From NCBI GenBank assembly GCA_964479775.1, contig CAYZNH010000001.1, positions 30,032 through 76,009 of the forward strand: a DNA stretch of 45,978 bases, written 5' to 3'. A model generated the notes under the pieces. It was not told where the DNA came from. It saw only the letters and a program-made list of their open reading frames with translations, and did no database searches. Position 1 is the stretch's first letter. The number at the start of each line of letters is the position of its first letter. The translations under genes and the position numbers were made by a program. Source of the DNA: an uncultured Candidatus Saccharibacteria bacterium. GTDB taxonomy: Bacteria > Patescibacteriota > Minisyncoccia > Phycocordibacterales > GWA1-40-21. Positions 8,308 through 16,577 of this stretch are shown one piece after another.

Positions 8308-9666
8308 ATGTTAAAAAAAGTTTTTCTGTGTTTATTTTTTTTGTCTTTGATGTATACCGAGGTGTATGCTGTTTCTTGTGGTGATAGTGTTGATGGTAAA
8401 ACAGACAAACAACTTCAAGCCATTCTCGACCAATGTGATGTAGAAATATTAGAACAGAAAAAAATACTTGAGAATACCCAAAAACAATCATCAGAATTAG
8501 AGAAAGCCATCGGCGAAATAAATTATAATATTAATAAGACTGAATTAGAAATAAAAGCTAGAAATGCAAAGATTAAACAATTAGGTGAAAATATTGTAGC
8601 CAAAAAAGAATATATAGGTGAACTGTCTGTTAGAATGAGTGAAATAAAAAAGTCTATATCTAAAATGATAAAAGATTCTTATGATATAGGTAATATTTCT
8701 ATTGTTGAAACAGTGCTTTCAAGTGAAGATATATCTGATTTGTTTAAAGATATAGATGATTATTCTTCTATAAATAAAAGATTGAGAGATTTGATAGGTG
8801 AGCTTACTGGTGTTAAAAAAGATTCAGAATCAGAAAAGAAAAATCTTGAAGATAGGAAAATTCAAGAAGAAAAACTTAAATATGAGCAAGATGTAGAAAA
8901 GAGAAAGCTAGAAAATTATAAAAAAGAAAAACAAGAATTATTAAAATTTTCTAAGGGGCAAGAGAGTTTGTATCAAGCTTCAATATCAGAAAAAGAGAAA
9001 CAGAAAAATCAAATAAGAAGTAGGATGTTTAAAACAGTTGGTGGACAAGAGATTTCTTTTGGAGACGCATTAAAATTAATACAACCTTATGAAAGTTCTA
9101 TAGGAGTTAGTTCTGCTTTGGTTCTTGCTGTGTTGTTTCAAGAGTCTGCTGTTGATAATACAATTGGTAAAAATATTGGTAGATGTACTTATAATCAAGT
9201 GTCTTCTTGTGTGGTTGGTAAAACAGTAATGTCTGATACTCAAAAACCTGCTTTTTTAAGCATAATGAGTAATCTTGGACTTGATCCAGACAAAACTCCG
9301 ATTTCTTGTGCAATATGTAGAGATGGTAATTATGGTGGTGCTATGGGGCCGGCTCAGTTTATGCCAGAGACTTGGAATGCTATATCTTTACGTGTAGCAA
9401 AAATACTTAGTATAAAATATCCATCACCATTTGAGAATTTGCATGCTTTTACGGCATCTGCTGTTTTACTCAGGGACAATCAAGACAGATGTAAAACCGC
9501 TTTTACCAAAAAAAGTGATATTTGGGCTTGTTCTGCTTCAAAATATTATGGCGGATTATATTTAATGGGAAGTAGATTAACCAATTATATGTATTATGGT
9601 TACGGTGCTTCGGTTGCTAAGAGAGCCTTACAATTTGAAAAAGACATTGATTTGTTAAATTCTTAA
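8308..9666 (+). CDS. secreted coiled-coil protein with C-terminal MltB-like lytic transglycosylase domain
   Basis: Signal-like N-terminus, about 200 aa of heptad-rich sequence, then LFQESAVDN and GAMGPAQFMPETW (MltB/SLT-type motif). TAGAAT -10 at 8294-8299. Confidence 0.6.
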   Translation: MLKKVFLCLFFLSLMYTEVYAVSCGDSVDGKTDKQLQAILDQCDVEILEQKKILENTQKQSSELEKAIGEINYNINKTELEIKARNAKIKQLGENIVAKKEYIGELSVRMSEIKKSISKMIKDSYDIGNISIVETVLSSEDISDLFKDIDDYSSINKRLRDLIGELTGVKKDSESEKKNLEDRKIQEEKLKYEQDVEKRKLENYKKEKQELLKFSKGQESLYQASISEKEKQKNQIRSRMFKTVGGQEISFGDALKLIQPYESSIGVSSALVLAVLFQESAVDNTIGKNIGRCTYNQVSSCVVGKTVMSDTQKPAFLSIMSNLGLDPDKTPISCAICRDGNYGGAMGPAQFMPETWNAISLRVAKILSIKYPSPFENLHAFTASAVLLRDNQDRCKTAFTKKSDIWACSASKYYGGLYLMGSRLTNYMYYGYGASVAKRALQFEKDIDLLNS

Positions 9667-9672
9667 TATCTA

Positions 9673-9701
9673 TTGCATTTTTTATTTAATTCTGTTATTA
9701 T
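9673..9701 (+). promoter_or_regulatory. promoter of rpmE
   Basis: TTGCAT 9673-9678, 17-nt spacer, TGtTATTAT 9693-9701. ATG at 9710 is 8 nt downstream. Confidence 0.6.
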
Positions 9702-9709
9702 TCAAAACT

Positions 9710-9937
9710 ATGAAAAAAGATATACATCCAAAATATTTTGATAAAGCCGCTACTACTTGTGCTTGTGGTGCTAGTTATGACTTTGGATCAACAAAAGAAA
9801 ATATAAATATTGAAATTTGTGCTGCATGTCACCCTTTCTATACCGGTAATGAAAAGGTTATAGACACAGCTGGAAGAGTAGAAAAATTTAAAGCAAGAAA
9901 GGCCGCAAGTGTTGGAAAAAGTAAAAAAACAAAATAA
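9710..9937 (+). CDS. rpmE: 50S ribosomal protein L31
   Basis: MKKDIHPKY...CACG...CAACHPFYTG is the classic L31 pattern. Confidence 0.9.
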   Translation: MKKDIHPKYFDKAATTCACGASYDFGSTKENINIEICAACHPFYTGNEKVIDTAGRVEKFKARKAASVGKSKKTK

Positions 9938-10104
9938 CTGTTAGAATAGAAAAATCGTGCTTTTAAAGTGCGATTTTTTTATTGTTTATCTGTTAAAGTT
10001 TGTCAATGTTTAAACATTATTTTATACTGTAAAAATAGTAGAATAGAAAAACCCGTATCTTTTATTAATAAAATTTTTTCTGGTGAATAATTACAAACAA
10101 TAAA

Positions 10105-11097
10105 ATGCAAGATTCAATTGAAGAATTTAGAAAAAATAAAAAAACTTCATTTTTAGCAGAAGAATATATTAGATTGGAAAATGAAGAAGAGTCTATAAAA
10201 GAAATGGCGGAAAAAGACTCTGCTATGTTTGCTTTAGCTGAGGAAGAGTTAAATAATCTCCGAACTCAAAAAGAAAATATTTTTACACAAATGAAATCTA
10301 TCACTTCTTCAGAAGAAGAGGAGGATAAATTTCCAAATGAAGTTGTGATGGAAATTCGTGCAGGTGTTGGTGGTGAAGAAGCGGCTATTTTTGCAGAGGA
10401 TTTGTTGAGAATGTATGGAAGATTAGCAGATCTTAAAAAATGGTCTTTTAATTTGGTTGATGAATCAAAAAGTTCTTTGGGTGGGTATAAAGAAGTTTCT
10501 ATTGAAATAAAAGGTAGAGATGTATATAAAGAATTGAGGTTTGAGACTGGGGTTCATAGAGTTCAGAGAGTTCCCGCCACTGAAAAATCTGGAAGAGTAC
10601 ATACTTCAACGGCTTCTGTTGCGATACTTCCCATAAGAAAGAAGACAAAATTTGATATTAAACAAACAGATTTACAGATTGAATTTTCTAGATCTGGTGG
10701 AGCTGGTGGTCAAAATGTAAATAAAGTTGAAACCGCCGTTAGAATAGTTCACATACCGACTGGAATAGATGTTAGATCAACTGCAGAAAGAAGTCAGTTA
10801 AAAAACAGGGAAAAAGCGATGTCTATTCTTATTGCTAAATTAGAAATCTTAAAAGAAGAAGAAGAAGCAAAGAAGTTTGCTGGTGAAAGAAAAGAACAGA
10901 TAGGTACAGCCGATAGATCAGAGAAAATTAGAACTTATAATATCTTACAAGATAGAGTTACTGATCATAGGGTTAAACATTCTTGGTATAATATAGAAAA
11001 TATTTTAGCAGGAGATGGTCTTGTTGATATTGTTGATTATGTTGTTAAGGCAGAGTGTAAGCCACAGGCAGATGGTGATGTAAATAACGATGAATAA
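10105..11097 (+). CDS. prfA: peptide chain release factor 1
   Basis: PAT tripeptide (RVPATEKSGRVHTS) and GGQ motif (SGGAGGQNVNKVETAVRIVHIPTG). Confidence 0.9.
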   Translation: MQDSIEEFRKNKKTSFLAEEYIRLENEEESIKEMAEKDSAMFALAEEELNNLRTQKENIFTQMKSITSSEEEEDKFPNEVVMEIRAGVGGEEAAIFAEDLLRMYGRLADLKKWSFNLVDESKSSLGGYKEVSIEIKGRDVYKELRFETGVHRVQRVPATEKSGRVHTSTASVAILPIRKKTKFDIKQTDLQIEFSRSGGAGGQNVNKVETAVRIVHIPTGIDVRSTAERSQLKNREKAMSILIAKLEILKEEEEAKKFAGERKEQIGTADRSEKIRTYNILQDRVTDHRVKHSWYNIENILAGDGLVDIVDYVVKAECKPQADGDVNNDE

Positions 11098-11124
11098 TTA
11101 AAATCTATTAAATTGGGTTATCTA

Positions 11125-11152
11125 TTGATATTTTAAAAAATTCTGATATACT
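11125..11152 (+). promoter_or_regulatory. promoter of the rpsB-tsf operon
   Basis: TTGATA 11125-11130, 16-nt spacer, TGaTATACT 11144-11152. ATG at 11164. Confidence 0.55.
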
Positions 11153-11163
11153 CATTCTTACTT

Positions 11164-11898
11164 ATGATAGAAGAAAAGAAAACAAATTCAACTGCCTCTA
11201 CACAGGCAAAAAATAATGAAATTATAGAAGCAATGTTTAAAGTAGGTGCTCATTTTGGTTATCCAAAATCAAGAAGAAATGCCTCTGTATCAGGTTATGT
11301 TTATGGTACAAAAAATAAAACAGAAATTATAGATTTAGAAAAAACTTATGAAATGCTTGAAATAGCAACTAAGTTTGTTGCTGAACTAGCTTCACTTGGT
11401 AAACAAATTTTGTTTGTTAGTGGAAAAAATGAATCAAAGAACGCCATAAAGATTGGTGCTATGTCTGCTGATATGCCGTATGTTGCTGGTAGATGGATTG
11501 GTGGAACACTTACAAATTCTTTTGAAATTAAGAAGAGGGTTTCAAAATTTGAAGATTTACAAAAACAAAAAGAAAAAGGGGAGCTTTCAAAATATACAAA
11601 AAGAGAGAGAATGTTGATTGAGAAAGAAATAGAAAATCTTGATAAAATGTTCTCAGGTATTGTTGGTATGAAAGATTTACCTAAGGCTATTTTTGTTATT
11701 GATCCTAAAAAAGAAATAATAGCAGTATCTGAAGCAAAGAAAATGAATGTTCCTGTAATTGCTTTGGCTAATACAGATTGCGATATTAAAGGTATAGATT
11801 ATCCAATAGTTGCAAATGACGCTTCTTTATCTAGTGTAACTTTTTTTGTTAATGAGATAGTAAAAGCTTATAAAGTTGGTAAAAATTCTAAAAATTAA
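11164..11898 (+). CDS. rpsB: 30S ribosomal protein S2
   Basis: MFKVGAHFGY, GGTLTN and a VIALANTDCD-type motif. Canonical rpsB-tsf order. Confidence 0.9.
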   Translation: MIEEKKTNSTASTQAKNNEIIEAMFKVGAHFGYPKSRRNASVSGYVYGTKNKTEIIDLEKTYEMLEIATKFVAELASLGKQILFVSGKNESKNAIKIGAMSADMPYVAGRWIGGTLTNSFEIKKRVSKFEDLQKQKEKGELSKYTKRERMLIEKEIENLDKMFSGIVGMKDLPKAIFVIDPKKEIIAVSEAKKMNVPVIALANTDCDIKGIDYPIVANDASLSSVTFFVNEIVKAYKVGKNSKN

Positions 11899-11912
11899 TT
11901 TTTAAAATACAT

Positions 11913-12500
11913 ATGGAGATAACAATGGATCAAGTAAAAGAACTTAGAGAAAAAACAGGTATTTCTATAATGCAATGTAAAAAAGCCCTTGAAGATTCTA
12001 ATGGTGATATGGGTAAAGCGGTTATTTTATTACAAAAGAAAGGTGTAGAAACTGCTGCTAAAAAAGCTGAAAGAACATTGAAATCAAGTAGAATTGTTTC
12101 TTATGTTCATGGTGTTGGCACCGTTGGTGTTCTTTTGGAACTATGTAGTGAGTCAGATTTTGTATCTAAACATGAAGATTTTCAAAAACTTGGTTATGAC
12201 ATTGCTATGCAAATAGCTGCTACTAATCCATCTTTTCTTAAAAAAGATGATGTTCCAGAAGAAGAAAAGAATAAAGTCCTATCAGCTTTTGAAGATGAAG
12301 TAAAAGATAAACCAGAGGCCATGAAAGAAAAGATATTAAATGGAAAATTAGATTCATTCTTTAAAGAAAAGATATTGTTGGAACAAGATTTTATAAAAGA
12401 TCCTAGTATAAATATCAATACTTTGATTCAAGGTGCAATTCAAAAATTTGGAGAGAAGATAGAAATAGCAAGATTTGTTAGATATACTTCTGCAAAATAG
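11913..12500 (+). CDS. tsf: elongation factor Ts (short form)
   Basis: VKELREKTGISIMQCKKALEDSNGDMGKAVILLQKKG is a UBA-like N-terminus. Follows rpsB. Confidence 0.9.
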   Translation: MEITMDQVKELREKTGISIMQCKKALEDSNGDMGKAVILLQKKGVETAAKKAERTLKSSRIVSYVHGVGTVGVLLELCSESDFVSKHEDFQKLGYDIAMQIAATNPSFLKKDDVPEEEKNKVLSAFEDEVKDKPEAMKEKILNGKLDSFFKEKILLEQDFIKDPSININTLIQGAIQKFGEKIEIARFVRYTSAK

Positions 12501-12535
12501 TTTGTCAGGTTATTCTTATTAGGAATAACATCAAA

Positions 12536-12916
12536 ATGATCTTAATTTTATTTTATACATCTTTATTTATTATTATAGCTACTCTGATAATTAAAAGTAT
12601 TGGAGTAACTATTTTTGATCATATAGTTCTTAAGAAGATAAGGAGAGTTGGTGATAAAAGATGTTATGATTTTATTTGTGTAGTAAATTATTATTTTTCT
12701 AAAATTAAACTAAAAAATTTTAAAAAAATATCATTGTTAATAATTACTTTTGTTCAAAGAGAAACTATTTATTTAAAAAGAAAATTTGACAGTAAACAAC
12801 CAAAATTTTTCCTTAAACCTCAAAAAAATAATTTAAATAGTAAAAGTTCTGTCTCTTTTTTTCTTAAAAATGTGTCAGAGTATAAAGAAAGTTTAAGAAA
12901 AAATAGGTTAGATTAA
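12536..12916 (+). CDS. hypothetical small membrane/lysine-rich protein (uncertain)
   Basis: 126-aa ORF in very AT-rich DNA with one N-terminal hydrophobic helix. No recognisable motif, so it may not be a real gene. Confidence 0.3.
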   Translation: MILILFYTSLFIIIATLIIKSIGVTIFDHIVLKKIRRVGDKRCYDFICVVNYYFSKIKLKNFKKISLLIITFVQRETIYLKRKFDSKQPKFFLKPQKNNLNSKSSVSFFLKNVSEYKESLRKNRLD

Positions 12917-12920
12917 TTAG

Positions 12921-12948
12921 TTGTTTTTTGTAAATATTTTGTTATAAT
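12921..12948 (+). promoter_or_regulatory. promoter of tRNA-Thr
   Basis: TTGTTT 12921-12926, 16-nt spacer, TGtTATAAT 12940-12948. The tRNA starts at 12968. Confidence 0.55.
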
Positions 12949-12967
12949 CGGCAGGTGATAGTTAGTT

Positions 12968-13043
12968 GCCATCTTAGCTCAGTTGGTAGAGCAACTGTTT
13001 TGTAAACAGTAGGTCCCCGGTTCAAGCCCGGGAGATGGCTCCA
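12968..13043 (+). tRNA. tRNA-Thr (anticodon UGU), CCA encoded
   Basis: Hand-folded cloverleaf. Acceptor GCCATCT/AGATGGC, D stem GCTC/GAGC, anticodon stem ACTGT/ACAGT with loop TTTGTAA. T arm CCCGG-TTCAAGC-CCGGG, discriminator T, then CCA. Confidence 0.9.
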
Positions 13044-13050
13044 TAAAACA

Positions 13051-13078
13051 AAAGGCCGGATATCCGGTTTTTTTGTTT
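13051..13078 (+). terminator. terminator after tRNA-Thr
   Basis: GGCCGG-ATAT-CCGGTT hairpin followed by T7. Confidence 0.7.
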
Positions 13079-13092
13079 TTATAATATATAAT

Positions 13093-14631
13093 ATGGATTA
13101 TAGAGACAGCTTTTATTATAGAATAGGTAAAGCTACTGATTTAAAAGGTAGAGATTATCTTATATATCGGATATTAGAAATAATTCCAGGTTTTTTGGCT
13201 TGGTTTACTATAATATCAATGTTTATCTGTTCTTTTTTATTTCCATTTTATTGTGCGGTTTTTATAATTATCTTTGATATATATTGGATATTGAAAACTT
13301 TTTATCTATCTATATATTTAAGACAAAACTGGAATAAAACCAAACATAATTTAAATGTAGATTGGAAAGAAAAACTTTCTAATTTAAAATATGATAATAT
13401 CAGACATTTAATTTTACTTCCTTTTTATAATGAATCTTGGGAAGTTGTAGAGAAAAGTTTACACTCCTTATCTCAATGTGAGTATGATAATAAGAGAATG
13501 ATTATCGTGCTTGCAGGTGAAGAAAGAACAAAAGAACATTGTCTAAAAATTTTTGATTTAGCACGAAATAATTTTTCTAGTATTTTTGGAGAATTATATT
13601 TTACTATTCACCCGAGTGATGTTGTGGGTGAAATAAAAGGTAAGGGTTCAAATATAACCTTTGCTGTAGAAGAAACTAGAAAAAATATCATAGATAAAAA
13701 AGGTTATCTATATGAAGATATTTTAGTATCAGCTTTTGATATAGATACGGTTGTTTACCCACAATATTTTGAATGTTTAACTTGGAATTTTCTAACTACG
13801 GAAGATCGTATGAAAAGTTCTTTTCAACCAATACCTGTTTTTACAAATAATATTTGGGAAGCTCCAGCTTTATCTAGGGTCGATTCTTTTACTGCTACTT
13901 TTTGTCATATGATACAACAAGAAAGACCGGATATTTTAGCGACATTTTCTTCTCATTCTGTGTGTTTTAAAACATTATATGAAGTTGGATATTGGCAAAA
14001 GAATATTGTATCAGAAGATTCTAGAATATTTTGGAATTCTTTACTTGCAAATAATGGCGATTATAAAGTCGTCCCTTTGGCCTACCCGGTTTCCATGGAT
14101 GCTAATCTTGCAGAAAATTTTTGGCAGACTGTGAAAAATATATATAAACAACAAAGAAGATGGGCTTGGGGTGTTGAACATGGCCCATATGTACTTTTTG
14201 GTTTTTTAAAAAATAAAAATATACCCAGAAGAATTAAATTAAAATTTACTTTTTTTATGTATGAAGGTTTTTGGTCTTTATCAACAAATCCTTTAATAAT
14301 TTTCTTTTTGGGTTGGTTACCTATAATTTTTGGTGGTAGAGATTTTAATAATACTATTTTATCTTATAATCTTCCTTTTGTTACAAAAATCCTTATGACA
14401 ATTTCAATGTTAGGACTTTTTATGTGTCTTTTAATTTCTGCAAGTTTTCTACCAAAAGCACCAAAATGGACTGGACGTTCTCATAAAATTATAATGATGT
14501 TACAATGGTTATTGATTCCTCTTACTATAATAATATTTGGAGCCATACCAGGTCTTGATGCTCAAACTCGTTTAATGTTTGGTAAATATATGGGTTTTTG
14601 GGTAACACCCAAATATAGAAAAAATGATTAA
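13093..14631 (+). CDS. processive family-2 glycosyltransferase (cellulose/chitin-synthase-like), polytopic membrane protein
   Basis: DxD (SAFDIDTV), ED (VSEDSRIFW) and QxxRW (KQQRRWAWG) motifs in the right order. Several TM helices at both ends. Confidence 0.75.
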   Translation: MDYRDSFYYRIGKATDLKGRDYLIYRILEIIPGFLAWFTIISMFICSFLFPFYCAVFIIIFDIYWILKTFYLSIYLRQNWNKTKHNLNVDWKEKLSNLKYDNIRHLILLPFYNESWEVVEKSLHSLSQCEYDNKRMIIVLAGEERTKEHCLKIFDLARNNFSSIFGELYFTIHPSDVVGEIKGKGSNITFAVEETRKNIIDKKGYLYEDILVSAFDIDTVVYPQYFECLTWNFLTTEDRMKSSFQPIPVFTNNIWEAPALSRVDSFTATFCHMIQQERPDILATFSSHSVCFKTLYEVGYWQKNIVSEDSRIFWNSLLANNGDYKVVPLAYPVSMDANLAENFWQTVKNIYKQQRRWAWGVEHGPYVLFGFLKNKNIPRRIKLKFTFFMYEGFWSLSTNPLIIFFLGWLPIIFGGRDFNNTILSYNLPFVTKILMTISMLGLFMCLLISASFLPKAPKWTGRSHKIIMMLQWLLIPLTIIIFGAIPGLDAQTRLMFGKYMGFWVTPKYRKND

Positions 14632-15496
14632 GACTATACAGAAAAAAATGAGATTAATTATATTTTTTTTAATCTTTGTTGTTGTCTCACCAATTATTGT
14701 TTTATATGCAAACGGTGATATTTTTAATGATGGTTGGAGTATATTAAAAACAGGGGGTGTGTATGTAAATTCCGCACCAAATGGTTCTAGTATTTTTATA
14801 GATAATAAATTAAAAGGAAATACATCTTTTTTTGAAAGAGATTTGTTAATAAAAAATTTGAGACCAGGTGTTTATAAAATCGATGTTAAAAAAGATGGTT
14901 TTAATGTGTGGTCAAAAAATATTACAGTACTGAATAATATGGTCACAGATGCAAATGTTTTTATTTTACCTAAAATAATTGATTTTAGGGATATACCACA
15001 AAAAATTGATAGTGAAAAAAAGATTGGTACATCAACTATTATTATTAAGAAGGATAATCAGGAGTATTTTAATTTATTAAAAATATTTTCGATATCAACT
15101 ACTACTAAAAAACAAGAGATAGAAAATTTATTAGGGACAAAAGATAATCCAATTGTAAACGGAAAAATTCGTTTGTGGGTTGAAGATAAAAAAGTGTTTG
15201 TCTCTTGGAATGGAAAGTTAGAGTCTGCACCAAAATATTTTTGTGATAATGGAGAATGTTTTACTTCTATAGAAGTGATTAATTTAATTAAAGAACCTGA
15301 ATATTTTGATTTCTTATTAAATTATGATGGAGTTATTATTGTTTCTTCAAATAATAAAATTTTTGCTGTTCAAATAGAAAAAAATCCATTAAAAGAAATA
15401 CAACTAATTTATGAGGGTGTTAAACCATCTTTAAAAATATATGATGGTTTGTTATATATTAAAGACGGTGAATTATTAAGAGAATATTCAATATAA
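14624..15496 (+). CDS. membrane-anchored PEGA-domain protein
   Basis: N-terminal TM helix. VNSAPNGSSIFIDNKLKGNT...LRPGVYKIDVKKDGFNVW fits the PEGA pattern. Overlaps the GT2 stop by 8 nt (ATGATTAA). Confidence 0.6.
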   Translation: MIKTIQKKMRLIIFFLIFVVVSPIIVLYANGDIFNDGWSILKTGGVYVNSAPNGSSIFIDNKLKGNTSFFERDLLIKNLRPGVYKIDVKKDGFNVWSKNITVLNNMVTDANVFILPKIIDFRDIPQKIDSEKKIGTSTIIIKKDNQEYFNLLKIFSISTTTKKQEIENLLGTKDNPIVNGKIRLWVEDKKVFVSWNGKLESAPKYFCDNGECFTSIEVINLIKEPEYFDFLLNYDGVIIVSSNNKIFAVQIEKNPLKEIQLIYEGVKPSLKIYDGLLYIKDGELLREYSI

Positions 15497-15499
15497 CCT

Positions 15500-15528
15500 T
15501 TGATTTTTTAGGTTTTTTTAGCTACAAT
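15500..15528 (+). promoter_or_regulatory. promoter of pheS
   Basis: TTGATT 15500-15505, 17-nt spacer, TACAAT 15523-15528. ATG at 15535 is 6 nt downstream. Confidence 0.55.
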
Positions 15529-15534
15529 TTAAAC

Positions 15535-16347
15535 ATGGAAAATTTGGATAAAAAACCAATTCATGTGCACCCTATTACTAGAGTTATAGAAGATATAAAT
15601 CGTATTTTTTTTGAATTAGGTTTTTCTCTTACTGATGGTCCAGAACTTGAAACTGAGTTTTATAACTTCGATGCTTTGAATGTCCCTAAAGATCATCCTG
15701 CCCGTGATATGCAAGACACTTTTTGGCTAAAAACACCCTTAGGCATTTTGCCCGATAATTCTGATAAACAAAATGATTTAGGGATTAAGAGTGACAAAAA
15801 TTCTCCTGGTATAGTTAATAAATTATTAAGAACACAGACCAGTGCAATGCAAGTTCATTATATGCAAGAAAATAACCCCCCTTTTAAAATTATTTCTCCT
15901 GGAAAAGTTTTTAGAAATGAAGCGACTGATGCTAGACATGAAATGCTTTTTCATCAGTTTGAGGGATTGTTGGTAGATAGAGAAGCTTCTTTGGCTTCTT
16001 TAAAAACCTACCTCAATGCTTTTTTTGATAAGTTTTTTGAGAAGGATACTGAAATAAGATTTAGACCAAGTTATTTTCCTTTTGTTGAACCAGGAGTTGA
16101 AATAGATGTTTCTTGTTTTAAATGTAAAGGAGAAGGATGTTCTTTTTGTGGCGGTTCTGGTTGGATTGAAGTTATGGGGGCTGGTGTAGTGCATCCTAAG
16201 GTATTAAATAATTTAGGTATAAATCCAAATGAATGGAAGGGCTTTGCTTTTGGTGGTGGTGTGGATAGATTAGCAATGCTCAAATATGAAATAGATGATA
16301 TAAGGTTGTTTTATTCAGGAGACCTAAGATTAGTAAATCAGTTTTGA
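15535..16347 (+). CDS. pheS: phenylalanine--tRNA ligase alpha subunit (short N-terminus)
   Basis: HPITRVIEDI, DHPARDMQDTFW, FRNEATDARH and GFAFGGGVDRLAM are class II motifs. At 270 aa it lacks the usual N-terminal coiled coil. Confidence 0.9.
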   Translation: MENLDKKPIHVHPITRVIEDINRIFFELGFSLTDGPELETEFYNFDALNVPKDHPARDMQDTFWLKTPLGILPDNSDKQNDLGIKSDKNSPGIVNKLLRTQTSAMQVHYMQENNPPFKIISPGKVFRNEATDARHEMLFHQFEGLLVDREASLASLKTYLNAFFDKFFEKDTEIRFRPSYFPFVEPGVEIDVSCFKCKGEGCSFCGGSGWIEVMGAGVVHPKVLNNLGINPNEWKGFAFGGGVDRLAMLKYEIDDIRLFYSGDLRLVNQF

Positions 16348-16577
16348 GAAAAAACACGAGCATAGCGACTAGTTTTTTCTCAACCCTGTCAAATAAACTT
16401 TAAATTCGAAAATAGAATATAATATTTAAAGTTTAAGATTTAATGATTATAATGACACATGATTAAGTTTACAAAAGATAAAAAGTTAGTAATATTAAAA
16501 TATCGTTACATATTAAATTAAATCTTATTTGACGGGGTGATGATTTTTATATTCACTTCGTTCATTAAAAATCAATC
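16346..16577. repeat. inverted-repeat-bounded AT-rich element filling the pheS-pheT spacer (MITE-like)
   Basis: Left hairpin GAGAAAAAAC (16346-16355) / GTTTTTTCTC (16372-16381) with loop ACGAGCATAGCGACTA. Inverted repeat CCCTGTCAAATAA (16384-16396) / TTATTTGACGGGG (16525-16537). Right hairpin GATTTTTA (16542-16549) / TAAAAATC (16566-16573). Confidence 0.6.

Noticed and set aside
9939-10044. Duplicated TAGAATAGAAAAA motif (9942-9954 and 10039-10051) as a repeat element
   Set aside because: It most simply represents two TAGAAT-type -10 boxes, the common -10 variant in this window, in an A-rich context. Two short copies are too little to call a repeat family.
16100-16180. CxxC...CxxC cluster (FKCKGEGCSFCGGSGW) in PheS as a possible novel zinc-finger insertion
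   Set aside because: As far as I recall, a similar Cys cluster occurs at this position in PheS of many bacteria, so it is probably a normal feature.
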